Shown here in pieces: positions 41,183 to 50,457 of a stretch of DNA of 64,000 bases (position 1 is its first letter; every line of letters begins with the position of its first letter). The stretch lies in NCBI GenBank assembly GCA_964646995.1, contig CAZYIF010000005.1, positions 68,759-132,758 on the forward strand. Reading direction: 5' to 3'. The position numbers and the translations under genes were made by a program. Origin of the DNA: an uncultured Gammaproteobacteria bacterium (GTDB taxonomy: Bacteria; Pseudomonadota; Gammaproteobacteria; CAZYIF01). The notes under the pieces are model-generated. The model was given only the letters and a program-made list of their open reading frames with translations. It ran no database searches and was not told the DNA's origin.

Positions 41183-41395
41183 AACGATAATCTCTTTTAA
41201 TTCATTGTATACATCACCTCCCTACCCTAATTCCTTTGCATTCCCTTAACGACTCGCGATCGCGGACAGCCGGCCGTAAAAAAAGCCCTAAACCGCAAAG
41301 TGTTCTAAAATCCTCGGTTAGGAACAATCAAATCGTCACCTCTGACGATTTGTCGAACACTTAGCCGAGTTCTCATCCCTCATTTCACCGTACCC

Positions 41396-41430
41396 AATAA
41401 AAAAGCCAACTTGCAAGTGTCGCTACGCTA
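41396..41430 (-). terminator. Rho-independent terminator downstream of tRNA-Ser(CGA)
   Basis: Read on the minus strand, the stem ccaacttg / caagttgg is followed by cttttttatt. Confidence 0.55.
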
Positions 41431-41459
41431 TTGGACTTTGCAGGATGACTTTTTTTGTA

Positions 41460-41551
41460 TGGCGGAGAGAGAGGGATTCGAACCCTCGTGAGACGTAAAG
41501 CCTCCAACCGATTTCGAGTCGGTGCCGTTGTGACCGCTTCGGTATCTCTCC
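41460..41551 (-). tRNA. tRNA-Ser (anticodon CGA)
   Basis: Reverse complement GGAGAGATACCGAAGCGGTCACAACGGCACCGACTCGAAATCGGTTGGAGGCTTTACGTCTCACGAGGGTTCGAATCCCTCTCTCTCCGCCA. It has a long variable arm, anticodon loop cuCGAaa and an encoded CCA. Confidence 0.8.
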
Positions 41552-41588
41552 AGTAATACATCGTTGCGTTTGAGCAACAAACCTCTTT

Positions 41589-41628
41589 CAATCACTCGGC
41601 CGTAAGCGGCCGGAGCTTCTTCTTTAAA
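41589..41628. repeat. Minimal F3-like element (left hairpin cactcggccgtaagcggccggag plus a cttcttctttaaa tail) abutting the purC stop
   Basis: The hairpin is a variant of the F3 left terminus, and the tail resembles the F3 right-end gatttctttctttaaa. Confidence 0.45.
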
Positions 41629-42328
41629 TTCCTAAACGATTAGCAACTTCTTGGTACGCTTCAACTACGCCACCAAGATCCCGACGAAAACGATCTTTAT
41701 CGAGTTTGTTCAGTGTTTCGGTATCCCATAAACGGCAACCATCTGGCGTGAATTCATCACCTAAATATAATGTTTCGTCTAAACGACCAAATTCTAATTT
41801 ATAATCCACTAACAACAAACCGGCTTCTAGGAATAGCGGCTTTAATAAGTCATTGACCCGCAATGCCAAGGTTCGCATTTGTTGTGTCTCTGCCGTGGTC
41901 GCCCAACCAAACACCCGAATGTGATCTTCATTAATCAAAGGATCACCCAATTCATCGCTCTTATAAAAAAACTCTACAATAGGCTCTTCCAACGACAAGC
42001 CTTCTTCTAAGCCTAGGCGTTGGCTGATCCCCCCCGCAATATAATTACGCACGACTGTTTCAACACGTATCATCTCCAAGGCTTTTACTACACTTTCGTC
42101 TTCAGACAACAGACGTTGAAAATGCGTAGCAATGCCTTGTTGTGCTAAATACTGCATAATATGCGCATTAATCAAATTATTAATACGTCCTTTACCGGGC
42201 AAACTCGCCATCTTTTGTGCGTTAAATGCAGTGGCATCGTTGCGAAACTGCATGATTAAACAATGAGGATCGTCGGTTTCGTAAATAGATTTGGACTTGC
42301 CCGCATAAAGTTCGTGTCTTTTTTCCAT
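41624..42328 (-). CDS. purC: Phosphoribosylaminoimidazole-succinocarboxamide synthase (SAICAR synthetase)
   Basis: MEKRHELYAGKSKSIYETDDPHCLIMQFRNDATAFNAQK is collinear with E. coli PurC. Confidence 0.95.
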   Translation of the reverse strand: MEKRHELYAGKSKSIYETDDPHCLIMQFRNDATAFNAQKMASLPGKGRINNLINAHIMQYLAQQGIATHFQRLLSEDESVVKALEMIRVETVVRNYIAGGISQRLGLEEGLSLEEPIVEFFYKSDELGDPLINEDHIRVFGWATTAETQQMRTLALRVNDLLKPLFLEAGLLLVDYKLEFGRLDETLYLGDEFTPDGCRLWDTETLNKLDKDRFRRDLGGVVEAYQEVANRLGI

Positions 42329-42346
42329 CTCTCAACCTCCGTCTTG

Positions 42347-42577
42347 CTATCTAGGTGGTGTTAATAAATCAGGGGTGTTTGCTGTCGCCACACCATGCAA
42401 TGCAGGCACTTGGTAAGACGGCGACAAGGTCTCAACATGCGCGACGGTCTTGGGTATCCGTAAGGGCTCACCCTGTGCCGTGTTGAGATAATCGTCCTTT
42501 TTAAGTATTTGGGGAGCATGCCACGCACGGCAATGACTCAACGCAATGCACAAGAAAAAAATAAGCAACCACCTCAT
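42347..42577 (-). CDS. bamC: Minimal BamC-like lipoprotein (76 aa)
   Basis: The signal peptide has a lipobox (FFLCIALSHC). It occupies the exact position of bamC/nlpB between dapA and purC. The mature segment DDYLNTAQGEPLRIP resembles the BamD-binding N-terminal tail of E. coli BamC (DEAYLEAAPLAELHAP). Confidence 0.5.
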   Translation of the reverse strand: MRWLLIFFLCIALSHCRAWHAPQILKKDDYLNTAQGEPLRIPKTVAHVETLSPSYQVPALHGVATANTPDLLTPPR

Positions 42578-42579
42578 AG

Positions 42580-43470
42580 TTATACCTGCAATGATTCAAT
42601 AATTTCTGCATGACGCATGGCGCGACGCAATGTATCGTGATGCACTGGATTGAGCGGTGTAAGCGGTAAACGAATACCGAGCTGAATAAGTTGCATCTCA
42701 TGCAATGCCCATTTCACAGGAATTGGGCTGCTCTCTACGAATAATTTATCATGTAACCACTTCAAACGTTCGTTGAGCATGCGTGCCAGTGGGCGATCAT
42801 CTGCAAGTGCTGCCTTACACATCGCGTGCATGGCATGAGGCGCCACATTTGCCGTTACTGAGATCACACCCTTCGCTCCCTCAAACATAAACTCTAATGC
42901 AGTGGCATCATCACCACTGTAAACATCTAGGCGCCCAGCGCAACCAGCCAACAGCTGACGTACACGCAAGGCCCGACCCGTCGCATCCTTGATCCCGACG
43001 ATATTAGGTATGTGTGCTAGGCGTTCCACGGTCTCGGGTAACAAATCACAGGCCGTACGCCCGGGCACATTGTACAGTATCTGTGGCACAGGTACGGCTT
43101 CAGCGATGGCTTGGTAATAATAAAATAAACCTTCTTGCGTCGGCTTCACATAAGGTGGCGTCAGTAGTAAACACGCATCCGCACCCGCCGTCATCGCCAT
43201 TCGGGTTAAATGGATCGCGTCATTAACCGCAATGGCACTCGTGCCTGCGATAACCGGTATGCGTCCGCGCACCGTGTTAACGGTATATTCAATCAGTGCT
43301 TGGTGCTCGGCCATGGTTAAAGTTGCAGACTCGCCCGTTGTACCAGCCACCACCACGCCGTCAGTACCGGCCGACAAATGCATTTGCAACAGAACATCCA
43401 GGGCAGACCAATCGATGCTACCGTCTTTTTGCATCGGGGTAACCAAGGCAACAATGCTACCAGAAAACAT
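42580..43470 (-). CDS. dapA: 4-hydroxy-tetrahydrodipicolinate synthase
   Basis: MFSGSIVALVTPMQKDGSIDWSALDVLLQMHLSAGTDGVVVAGTTGESATL is collinear with DapA. The active-site Lys region is FEGAKGVISV. Confidence 0.95.
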   Translation of the reverse strand: MFSGSIVALVTPMQKDGSIDWSALDVLLQMHLSAGTDGVVVAGTTGESATLTMAEHQALIEYTVNTVRGRIPVIAGTSAIAVNDAIHLTRMAMTAGADACLLLTPPYVKPTQEGLFYYYQAIAEAVPVPQILYNVPGRTACDLLPETVERLAHIPNIVGIKDATGRALRVRQLLAGCAGRLDVYSGDDATALEFMFEGAKGVISVTANVAPHAMHAMCKAALADDRPLARMLNERLKWLHDKLFVESSPIPVKWALHEMQLIQLGIRLPLTPLNPVHHDTLRRAMRHAEIIESLQV

Positions 43471-43765
43471 CTGCTCATTCTCCTTTGCGAACCCTGCTAT
43501 GCCATTTTGGCTTGTAGGCCAATGTTGAAAAGCCAGCCCAGACCGCGCATCGGCCGAATTAGGCTATTTTCTCTCGTTTCACCGCAGGCCAAATGGTATA
43601 ACAAATCATTCGCAAAGCATAGCACCGCATAGCGAATACGAATGAAGGATGGGAAATTTCCTGAACCGCTGTGCCTTGTTTTTATTCAGGCACATGACGA
43701 TGCTTTACACCATGGCATGAAAATCATTACACTCTAGCAAATTTTGTAAATAATGCAGGTAACTC

Positions 43766-44329
43766 ATGACAACGGACGAAGCCGTGCCGCAAAAAGCAGT
43801 GCAAGCGTATCATTTAGTAATCTCACTACTCGGTATGCATAATCCCCAGGCGCTGTTTGCCAGCATGGAGCTTATCCAACAATGTGAATGTCGGGTAATA
43901 GAAAGTAAATTATCCGTTTTAGGTACCCTGTTTGTCGGTCACATCATGATAATGGGCAAATGGAATCAATTGGCCAAAGCGGAAAATTTACTCGCTAACC
44001 TAGCCAAAGAATTAGATCTACATATCACGTGGCAACGCACCCACGTATTGCCGTGCAATCCCACGACGGTTTCATACAGCGTTTATATCACGGCTTGCGA
44101 CGACACCGAGATACTGAGTAAAGTCACCGATTTTTTCATGCAACAACAAATCGAAATCAACACATTAACTAGCTACACGTATTTGTCGCGCCATACCCAA
44201 TCACCCATGGTATTTATCAATATACAAATTATCATGCCAGTTGCAGCAGCAGTGGCAAACTTGCGCGATCAGTTTATGTTACTGTGTGATGACTTGAATT
44301 TAGATGGTGTGATTGAATTAGATAAATAG
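43766..44329 (+). CDS. gcvR: Glycine cleavage system transcriptional repressor GcvR (tandem ACT domains)
   Basis: 187 aa. Its position between dapA and bcp is the same as in E. coli, and it has two ACT-like halves. Confidence 0.7.
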   Translation: MTTDEAVPQKAVQAYHLVISLLGMHNPQALFASMELIQQCECRVIESKLSVLGTLFVGHIMIMGKWNQLAKAENLLANLAKELDLHITWQRTHVLPCNPTTVSYSVYITACDDTEILSKVTDFFMQQQIEINTLTSYTYLSRHTQSPMVFINIQIIMPVAAAVANLRDQFMLLCDDLNLDGVIELDK

Positions 44330-44335
44330 AAAAGG

Positions 44336-44385
44336 TAGCATTTAGAAATGTCATGGGTATATTCAGCATTTTGCTGAATAGTTAA
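44336..44385. repeat. Fragment junction: an F1 right-end remnant (catttagaaatgtcatgggtata) abutting an F2 hairpin half (ttcagcattttgctgaatagtta)
   Basis: This is the same gggtata|ttcagc junction seen at 3697/3698 and 53727/53728. It lies between gcvR and bcp. Confidence 0.55.
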
Positions 44386-44398
44386 GTAAGGAGAAGCG

Positions 44399-44863
44399 GT
44401 GCAACCTACATTAAATAAGCCTATGCCAGATTTTGCATTAGCGTCCACAGAGGGCACGAGCGTTAGCCTCGCCGACTTTCGCGGCAAATCCGTTGTATTA
44501 TACTTCTATCCTCGTGATAACACGCCAGGTTGCACCCAAGAAGGCGAAGATTTCCGCGATCATTATGCATCTTTCATCCGGCATAACGCGGTAGTGTTAG
44601 GCGTATCACGCGACACCTTACAACAACATTGCAAATTCAAGCAAAAATACCAATTCCCTTTTGCATTGCTCGCCGATCCGGATGAAGTGGTGTGTCGCCA
44701 ATACGGATTGCTGAAGAACAAGATGATGTACGGTAAACCCGTTACCGGCGTAGAACGCACAACCTATTTGATCGACAGTAAGGGGATTTTGCGTCAGCTG
44801 TGGCAAAAAGTGAAAGTAGAGGGACACGTAGCAGCCGTGCTAGATGCGCTTGCTCAGTTGTAA
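44399..44863 (+). CDS. bcp: Thiol peroxidase Bcp (peroxiredoxin Q)
   Basis: GTG start. The motif FYPRDNTPGCTQE carries the peroxidatic Cys and aligns with E. coli Bcp. Confidence 0.9.
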   Translation: MQPTLNKPMPDFALASTEGTSVSLADFRGKSVVLYFYPRDNTPGCTQEGEDFRDHYASFIRHNAVVLGVSRDTLQQHCKFKQKYQFPFALLADPDEVVCRQYGLLKNKMMYGKPVTGVERTTYLIDSKGILRQLWQKVKVEGHVAAVLDALAQL

Positions 44864-44910
44864 ACGGCGTAAATAGTGCTTGGTGAAAAATCGAATTCGC
44901 CTTATCATAG

Positions 44911-45245
44911 ACGCCGAGTTAGCCAGATAATCGCTTTGTTGTATACGAAGAGGAAAGTCCGGGCTCCATAGAGCAAGGTGCCAGGTAACGCCTGGGAGGT
45001 GCAAGCCTACGGAAAGTGCCACAGAAAATATACCGCCGACGGCAACGTGGGTAAGGGTGAAATGGTGTGGTAAGAGCACACCGCGCAGCTGGCAACAGCT
45101 GTGGCAGGGCAAACCCCACCTGGAGCAAGACCGAATAGGGATCTTATCGCACTGCTCGTGCGGGATCCGGGTTGGTTGCTTGAGACTTGTGGTGACACAA
45201 GCCCTAGATGAATGATTATCCTAGACAGAACCCGGCTTATAGGCT
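44911..45245 (+). ncRNA. rnpB: RNase P RNA (bacterial type A)
   Basis: It starts GAAGAGGAAAGTCCGGGCTCCATAGAGCAAGGTGCCAGGTAACGCCTGGGAGGTGCAAGCCTACGG and ends ...ACAGAACCCGGCTTATAGGC. P4 and other conserved elements are recognisable. Confidence 0.85.
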
Positions 45246-45338
45246 AACTCTTTTTTTTACTGGCACCCGAGACTAACACCACACAATAGGCCTGCTTCCA
45301 CTGCGTTAGACGAACTTTGTCAGGGAGAGTTGATTAGC

Positions 45339-46016
45339 ATGCACGAGTTACCACCCACAACGCTAATACCCAGCACACAACTGCTCGTCGTACTCAGCGA
45401 TAATTGGCATGCTCCAAACGCCACCTTGCAATGTTATACGCGTACTACACCAGCAACAACCTGGCAAACAACGGGCAAACCCATTGCCGTTGTTTTGGGT
45501 AAAGCGGGCATGGCATGGGTAAAACACATCGACCCTGTTCCTCACACGGCCTATAAACAAGAAGGTGATAACAAATCTCCTGCCGGTTTATTTAGACTGG
45601 GGCCTGCTTTTGGCACGCTTTCTACGCCCGTTAATCTACACTTAGATTATTTGCCCATCACGCACAACACGATTTGTGTCGATGACCCACAATCGGCCTA
45701 TTACGATCAGATCATCGACAAAACACGAGTTATTCCGGATTGGCGCAGCTGCGAAAACATGGCAGAAATTCCAACATACCACATGGGACTGGTCATCCAA
45801 CATAACCCCTTACGTCTACCGGCTGCAGGCTCAGCGATATTTATGCATCAATGGGAAAACGAAAAAAGCGGCACGGCCGGTTGCACCGCCATGGCCACAA
45901 CGGATTTGACACATTTGATAGGGTGGTTAGATAAAGCAGCGCATCCCCTGTTGTTGCAACTACCCTTCAATGCGGTTGCCGACTATCCCCCTGCCGCACA
46001 GTTTTTGCAACGATGA
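45339..46016 (+). CDS. Putative L,D-transpeptidase-fold (YkuD-like) protein
   Basis: SAIFMHQWENEKSGTAGCTAM resembles the H...(S/T)xGC catalytic signature of L,D-transpeptidases. I chose the start at ATG 45339 after an AGGGAGAG RBS. It overlaps the phrB start by 4 bp. Confidence 0.4.
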   Translation: MHELPPTTLIPSTQLLVVLSDNWHAPNATLQCYTRTTPATTWQTTGKPIAVVLGKAGMAWVKHIDPVPHTAYKQEGDNKSPAGLFRLGPAFGTLSTPVNLHLDYLPITHNTICVDDPQSAYYDQIIDKTRVIPDWRSCENMAEIPTYHMGLVIQHNPLRLPAAGSAIFMHQWENEKSGTAGCTAMATTDLTHLIGWLDKAAHPLLLQLPFNAVADYPPAAQFLQR

Positions 46017-47440
46017 AGACTATTCTGGTGTGGTTACGCCACGATTTACGCTTACGCGACAATCCTGCACTGTGGCACGCGGTGGCAGACAGTCAACGTG
46101 TTATTCCTGTGTATATTTTAGATGAATCAATGCCGTGGCCGTACGGAGGTGCACAACGTTGGTGGCTACACCATAGTTTGCACGCGTTAAGTGAAAGCTT
46201 GCTACGCGATCACGTAAGCTTGATACTCAAGCGTGGCGCAGCACACCAACTATTGCCTGCCTTGGTCGAGCAATATCAAGCAGATGCCGTGTATTGGAAC
46301 CGCTGCTATGAGCCCGCCGCTATAGCACGTGATACTCAAATCAAAACGCAGTTGCAACAGCAAGGAATAACCGTCCATAGTTTTAACGCCTCATTGCTAC
46401 ACGAACCCTGGCAAATCACGACGAAAAGTGGCGGCACATTTCGCGTATTTACCCCATACTGGAAAGCGTGTTGTGCTCAACTGACACCACGCACACCGTA
46501 TCCCAAAGCTGTGTGCCTACCGTTTGTTACCCACGATAGTGATAACCTAAGTAGCTGGCAACTCTTGCCTGACAAACCCGATTGGGCGCAGGGTTTACGT
46601 GAAACTTGGAGAGTAGGTGAAACGGCCGCAATGCAACGCCTAGAACACTTTATTGATCAACATCTCACGTATTACGCAACGCACCGCGATATACCGGCCG
46701 TATGTCATACCTCACTGCTGTCACCGCATTTACATTTTGGCGAAATCAGTGTTTGGCAAATATGGCATGCGCTACAACAAGTCCTTGCACACCGCGCAGA
46801 GTTGACTAAGCCTAGCGAAAAATTTCTAGCTGAATTAGGTTGGCGTGAATTCTCTTACCAGTTGCTCTATCATTTCCCCGCACTGCCCACGCAAAATTTC
46901 CACGCGCATTTCGATAACTTTGCTTGGCATAGCGACCCCTTTGCCCTGGCGGCTTGGCAACAAGGACACACTGGATACCCCATCATAGACGCAGGCATGC
47001 GTGAACTCTGGCATACCGGCTACATGCATAACCGCGTACGCATGTTAGCCGCTTCATTCCTCACCAAGCACTTATTACAACACTGGTCGGCAGGAGCACG
47101 TTGGTTTTGGGATACTTTAGTCGACGCTGATCTCGCCAATAACAGCGCCAGTTGGCAATGGGTAGCAGGCAGTGGTGCAGACGCAGCACCCTACTTCCGC
47201 ATTTTTAACCCCATATTGCAAAGTGAAAAATTCGATCCGGATGGGACTTATATTAAACGTTGGTTACCGGAATTAGCGGCACTGCCCAGTGCTTACCTGC
47301 ACCAACCCTGGCAAGCACCGACAAATGTGCTGAAGCAAGCAGGCATCGTGTTAGATAAACACTACCCGCAGCCCCTCATCGCACATGACGTCGCGCGCAA
47401 ACGCGCGCTGGATGCATATGCCAGGCTGCGAGCCTGTTAG
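46013..47440 (+). CDS. phrB: Deoxyribodipyrimidine photolyase (CPD photolyase)
   Basis: MKTILVWLRHDLRLRDNPAL is the N-terminus and the FAD-binding region is C-terminal (WQWVAGSGADAAPYFRIFNPILQSEKFDPDGTYIKRWLPEL). Confidence 0.95.
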   Translation: MKTILVWLRHDLRLRDNPALWHAVADSQRVIPVYILDESMPWPYGGAQRWWLHHSLHALSESLLRDHVSLILKRGAAHQLLPALVEQYQADAVYWNRCYEPAAIARDTQIKTQLQQQGITVHSFNASLLHEPWQITTKSGGTFRVFTPYWKACCAQLTPRTPYPKAVCLPFVTHDSDNLSSWQLLPDKPDWAQGLRETWRVGETAAMQRLEHFIDQHLTYYATHRDIPAVCHTSLLSPHLHFGEISVWQIWHALQQVLAHRAELTKPSEKFLAELGWREFSYQLLYHFPALPTQNFHAHFDNFAWHSDPFALAAWQQGHTGYPIIDAGMRELWHTGYMHNRVRMLAASFLTKHLLQHWSAGARWFWDTLVDADLANNSASWQWVAGSGADAAPYFRIFNPILQSEKFDPDGTYIKRWLPELAALPSAYLHQPWQAPTNVLKQAGIVLDKHYPQPLIAHDVARKRALDAYARLRAC

Positions 47441-47449
47441 AACACAAAC

Positions 47450-47902
47450 CTAGCCTTCTGCAACGATCACTACTGTTATGCTGAACAACACATCACTGTG
47501 CAATTGCAATTGCACTTGGTATTGCCCTATCGAACGCAATACGCCTTCTGGCAGTAACACAGCGCTCTTCTCTATAGCAACCCCAACCGCAGCATCAACC
47601 GCATCCGCAATTTCGCGCGTGCCTACCGAACCAAACAAACGGCCTTCGTCACTGGCTTTGGCAACAATAGTGATTACTGTATCGGCTAATTTGCCGGCAC
47701 GTTGTTGCGCTTCCGCTAATTTAGTTTGTGCCACACGTTCTAGCTCGGCGCGTTTCTCCTGAAACTTCGCCAAGTTCTCTGCAGTAGCACGCACAGCTTT
47801 TTTTCCTGGCAACAAATAGTTGCGCCCATAACCTGGAGTGACGCTCACCCTATCACCCAAGTCACCCAAGTTACGTACTTTCTCCAGTAATATTAATTCC
47901 AT
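47450..47902 (-). CDS. rplI: 50S ribosomal protein L9
   Basis: MELILLEKVRNLGDLGDRVSVTPGYGRNYLLPGKKAV is collinear with L9. Confidence 0.95.
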   Translation of the reverse strand: MELILLEKVRNLGDLGDRVSVTPGYGRNYLLPGKKAVRATAENLAKFQEKRAELERVAQTKLAEAQQRAGKLADTVITIVAKASDEGRLFGSVGTREIADAVDAAVGVAIEKSAVLLPEGVLRSIGQYQVQLQLHSDVLFSITVVIVAEG

Positions 47903-47922
47903 CTCGACTAACCTCTTCTCGT

Positions 47923-48026
47923 TCTAACAACTCGGCCGCAAGCGACCGAGTTTATTTCTCTGATCGGCTCGCCTCTGGGCACCCCATCGCTTGGTCTCAC
48001 CCGCAAGCGGGTGAGATTTCTTTCTT
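47923..48026 (+). mobile_element. MITE family F3, copy 2 (about 105 bp), between rplI and the upstream membrane-protein gene
   Basis: aactcggccgcaagcgaccgag ... ctcacccgcaagcgggtgagatttctttctttaa. The final ttt-taa of the membrane protein lies in the element tail. Confidence 0.7.
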
Positions 48027-48913
48027 TAAAATAATAAGTGCCGTCTACGCAAATCCAACCAACTATCGGCGATGGCAAACACCGCAAGCAATAGAGGGAT
48101 ATACAACGGAAATGTCACCAGCAACACATAAAACGTAATCATACGCAACAACTTGCCCTTGCAAAATAAATTATGCATAAGACAAAAACCCACTAATACA
48201 CAAGGCAACAGCATCACGGGAAATAAGTCTATCGCCATATTCGCGTGTAGCAACACTGCCGCTATGCCACAGCCTAGCGTTAACAAGCCAGATAACTTGT
48301 CTAAACGTAACGCGAGTAACTCTTTACGCAAACCACCGGGATTGTATAACCTCGCCTGTAACCAACGTGCGGCCAATACACTCGACAAACTCAAGACCAC
48401 ACTAACCGCCACTTGTAATCCCGTCGCCATGTGCGCCAACATGCTTAGGCGTTGCTCCGGAATCACTACGCCACTTAAGCCACCTAGCTGCTGTAACATA
48501 GCGATCTGCTTATGCAATAAGCCTAACCACCATTGATAAACATCCGTCTGGTGCATATGGACAATCAATATGGCTAATATGCTAAGCAACATGGCGATTT
48601 GCAAAAGACGCGCCCACGATCCTGTCATGCGCAACGCCACAGCAAACAACCACACGAGAAACGTGTTACCTAGCCAATCATTCCACAACACCCACCAAGA
48701 CAATTGTCCAAACAAGGCGGCGGAAATAAACGTAGCGAAACTAATAACCCCAAGCAACCACAGGCCTTCCCGAGCACCTTTACGTAAGGTCACTAGACCC
48801 ATGATGATAGCACTCACCCAAGAGAGCAAGGGCAGCAAACTAAACAGCAAGGCGGCTAGCCAAGCATTACGTCTGCTACTCATGAATTCTTGGGTTAAGT
48901 TTTCCAACAACAT
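48026..48913 (-). CDS. Polytopic membrane protein of unknown function (295 aa), embedded in the rpsF-rpsR-rplI operon
   Basis: It has about 8 predicted TM helices, a 15-bp gap from the rpsR stop, and sits on the same strand. Confidence 0.55.
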   Translation of the reverse strand: MLLENLTQEFMSSRRNAWLAALLFSLLPLLSWVSAIIMGLVTLRKGAREGLWLLGVISFATFISAALFGQLSWWVLWNDWLGNTFLVWLFAVALRMTGSWARLLQIAMLLSILAILIVHMHQTDVYQWWLGLLHKQIAMLQQLGGLSGVVIPEQRLSMLAHMATGLQVAVSVVLSLSSVLAARWLQARLYNPGGLRKELLALRLDKLSGLLTLGCGIAAVLLHANMAIDLFPVMLLPCVLVGFCLMHNLFCKGKLLRMITFYVLLVTFPLYIPLLLAVFAIADSWLDLRRRHLLF

Positions 48914-48928
48914 GATGAACCTGGCATA

Positions 48929-49159
48929 TTAGCCTTCGTGATGATCACAATAAGGCAATAACGCCAAATAGCGTGCTAACTTTATCGCACGTGCCAACTG
49001 ACGTTGATAGCGCGCTTTGGTACCGGTAATCCGGCTAGGCACGATCTTTCCTACCTCTGTAATGTAATTTTTTAAGGTCATTACGTCTTTATAATCAACT
49101 TCTTCGACATTCTCTGCAGTAAAACGACAAAATTTACGACGGCGGTAATTTGCTGACAT
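48929..49159 (-). CDS. rpsR: 30S ribosomal protein S18
   Basis: [61 protein letters not shown] is collinear with S18. Confidence 0.95.
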   Translation of the reverse strand: MSANYRRRKFCRFTAENVEEVDYKDVMTLKNYITEVGKIVPSRITGTKARYQRQLARAIKLARYLALLPYCDHHEG

Positions 49160-49179
49160 GATTTGTTATCCCCTTTAGT

Positions 49180-49575
49180 TTACTCTGCACCTTCAAATTC
49201 TAAGTGATCAGGTGACTCAACTTCACGTCTAGGCCTATCTTGCCATTCCTCTTGATCATCCCGTTTCATTAAAGGAGAAGGTTGCTCAATGGCTTTGTTG
49301 CGTGATAGTACTAAATTACGAATAACCGCATCGTTGAATTTGAATGCATTATTTAACTCGTCTAGCACGGGCTGCGAGCACTCAATATTCATCAACACAT
49401 AATGCGCTTTGTGTATCTTATTGATAGGATAGGCCAACTGCCTGCGGCCCCAATCTTCTAGCCTATGGACATTGCCGCCACTGGCCTTGACCAAATCTAC
49501 GTAGCGTTTAATCATTGCCGGCACTTGTTCGCTTTGTCCCGGATGTACTAAAAATACAATCTCGTAATGCTTCAT
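49180..49575 (-). CDS. rpsF: 30S ribosomal protein S6
   Basis: [29 protein letters not shown] is collinear with S6 and the tail is acidic. I chose the start at 49575 rather than the track's 49665. There is no priB between rpsF and rpsR. Confidence 0.9.
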   Translation of the reverse strand: MKHYEIVFLVHPGQSEQVPAMIKRYVDLVKASGGNVHRLEDWGRRQLAYPINKIHKAHYVLMNIECSQPVLDELNNAFKFNDAVIRNLVLSRNKAIEQPSPLMKRDDQEEWQDRPRREVESPDHLEFEGAE

Positions 49576-49710
49576 AAAAACTCCCCATGGTTCTATACGA
49601 GCCCTAAGACAATTCACAGGGCAAGGAGAAGCGCGTATTCTAGGGAACTTCAACCTAAGATGCAAATACTTGTGATGAAATCGCCCAGTAACGGGGTGAG
49701 AGGTAGCAGA

Positions 49711-50457
49711 TTACGAGCCACGCTGCCGCACGGCTTCAAACAGACAAATGCCTGTCGCTACCGATACATTGAGGCTGCTGACCGTACCAGCCATGGGAAT
49801 GGCGAACAAAGTGTCGCAGTGTTTGCGGGTCAGTTCACGTAAACCGTGCCCTTCCGCACCCAGCAACACAGCAGCAGGACCGGTTAAATCTACCGCATAC
49901 AAGCGTTGTTCGGCCTCGGCACAAGCACCATACAACCAGACGCCGTATTCCTGCAGCTGACGTAAGGTACGCGCTAAATTAGACACGACAACAAGCGGCA
50001 CGGTTTCCGCAGCGCCGCAGGCGACTTTGCGCACGGCAGGGGTAACCGCCACTGCATGGGCCTTAGGCACGATCACGGCATGCACGCCCGCCGCATCGGC
50101 AGAGCGCAAGCAGGCACCTAGATTATGTGGATCTTGTACCCTATCTAAGATCAATAGTAGGGGGGCTGGTTGTGCGTGCTGTACCAACAGCTGCAAATCA
50201 TACTCTGTGTAAGTAACCCCTTGCGCGCAACTCGCTAACACACCTTGATGATTTTTTCCTGGCACTAGATCATCGAGCTGTTGACGTGTTTTGCTCACTA
50301 ACGTAACGACTTGTTGTTGTGCTTGCAAAACAATGGCCTGCATACGCGTATCTTCGCGACCTTGCTGTATATAGAGCGTGTCAATGCGTTCAGGCTGCGT
50401 ATGCAATACGGCATTGACTGCATGCAAACCGTAAATAAATTCATGCCCCATCGTCAT
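49711..50457 (-). CDS. rlmB: 23S rRNA (guanosine2251-2'-O)-methyltransferase RlmB
   Basis: SpoU/TrmH-fold motifs are present (LLILDRVQDPHNLGACLRSADAAGVHAVIV; LNVSVATGICLFE). It lies downstream of rnr, as in E. coli. Confidence 0.9.
   Translation of the reverse strand: MTMGHEFIYGLHAVNAVLHTQPERIDTLYIQQGREDTRMQAIVLQAQQQVVTLVSKTRQQLDDLVPGKNHQGVLASCAQGVTYTEYDLQLLVQHAQPAPLLLILDRVQDPHNLGACLRSADAAGVHAVIVPKAHAVAVTPAVRKVACGAAETVPLVVVSNLARTLRQLQEYGVWLYGACAEAEQRLYAVDLTGPAAVLLGAEGHGLRELTRKHCDTLFAIPMAGTVSSLNVSVATGICLFEAVRQRGS

Noticed and set aside
37060-41600. Looked for integrase, prophage or IS transposase genes next to the four tRNA genes
   Set aside because: I found none. All ORFs of 150 aa or more near the tRNAs are either housekeeping genes (mscS, rimK, purC, rnr) or the two unknown proteins, which have no integrase or transposase motifs.
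43471-43765. Possible lysine riboswitch or other leader RNA in the 295-bp dapA-gcvR intergenic region and in the lysC 5' region
   Set aside because: I could not recognise the conserved L-box helices by eye. The lysC leader consists largely of an F3 MITE. I cannot call a riboswitch without a covariance-model search.
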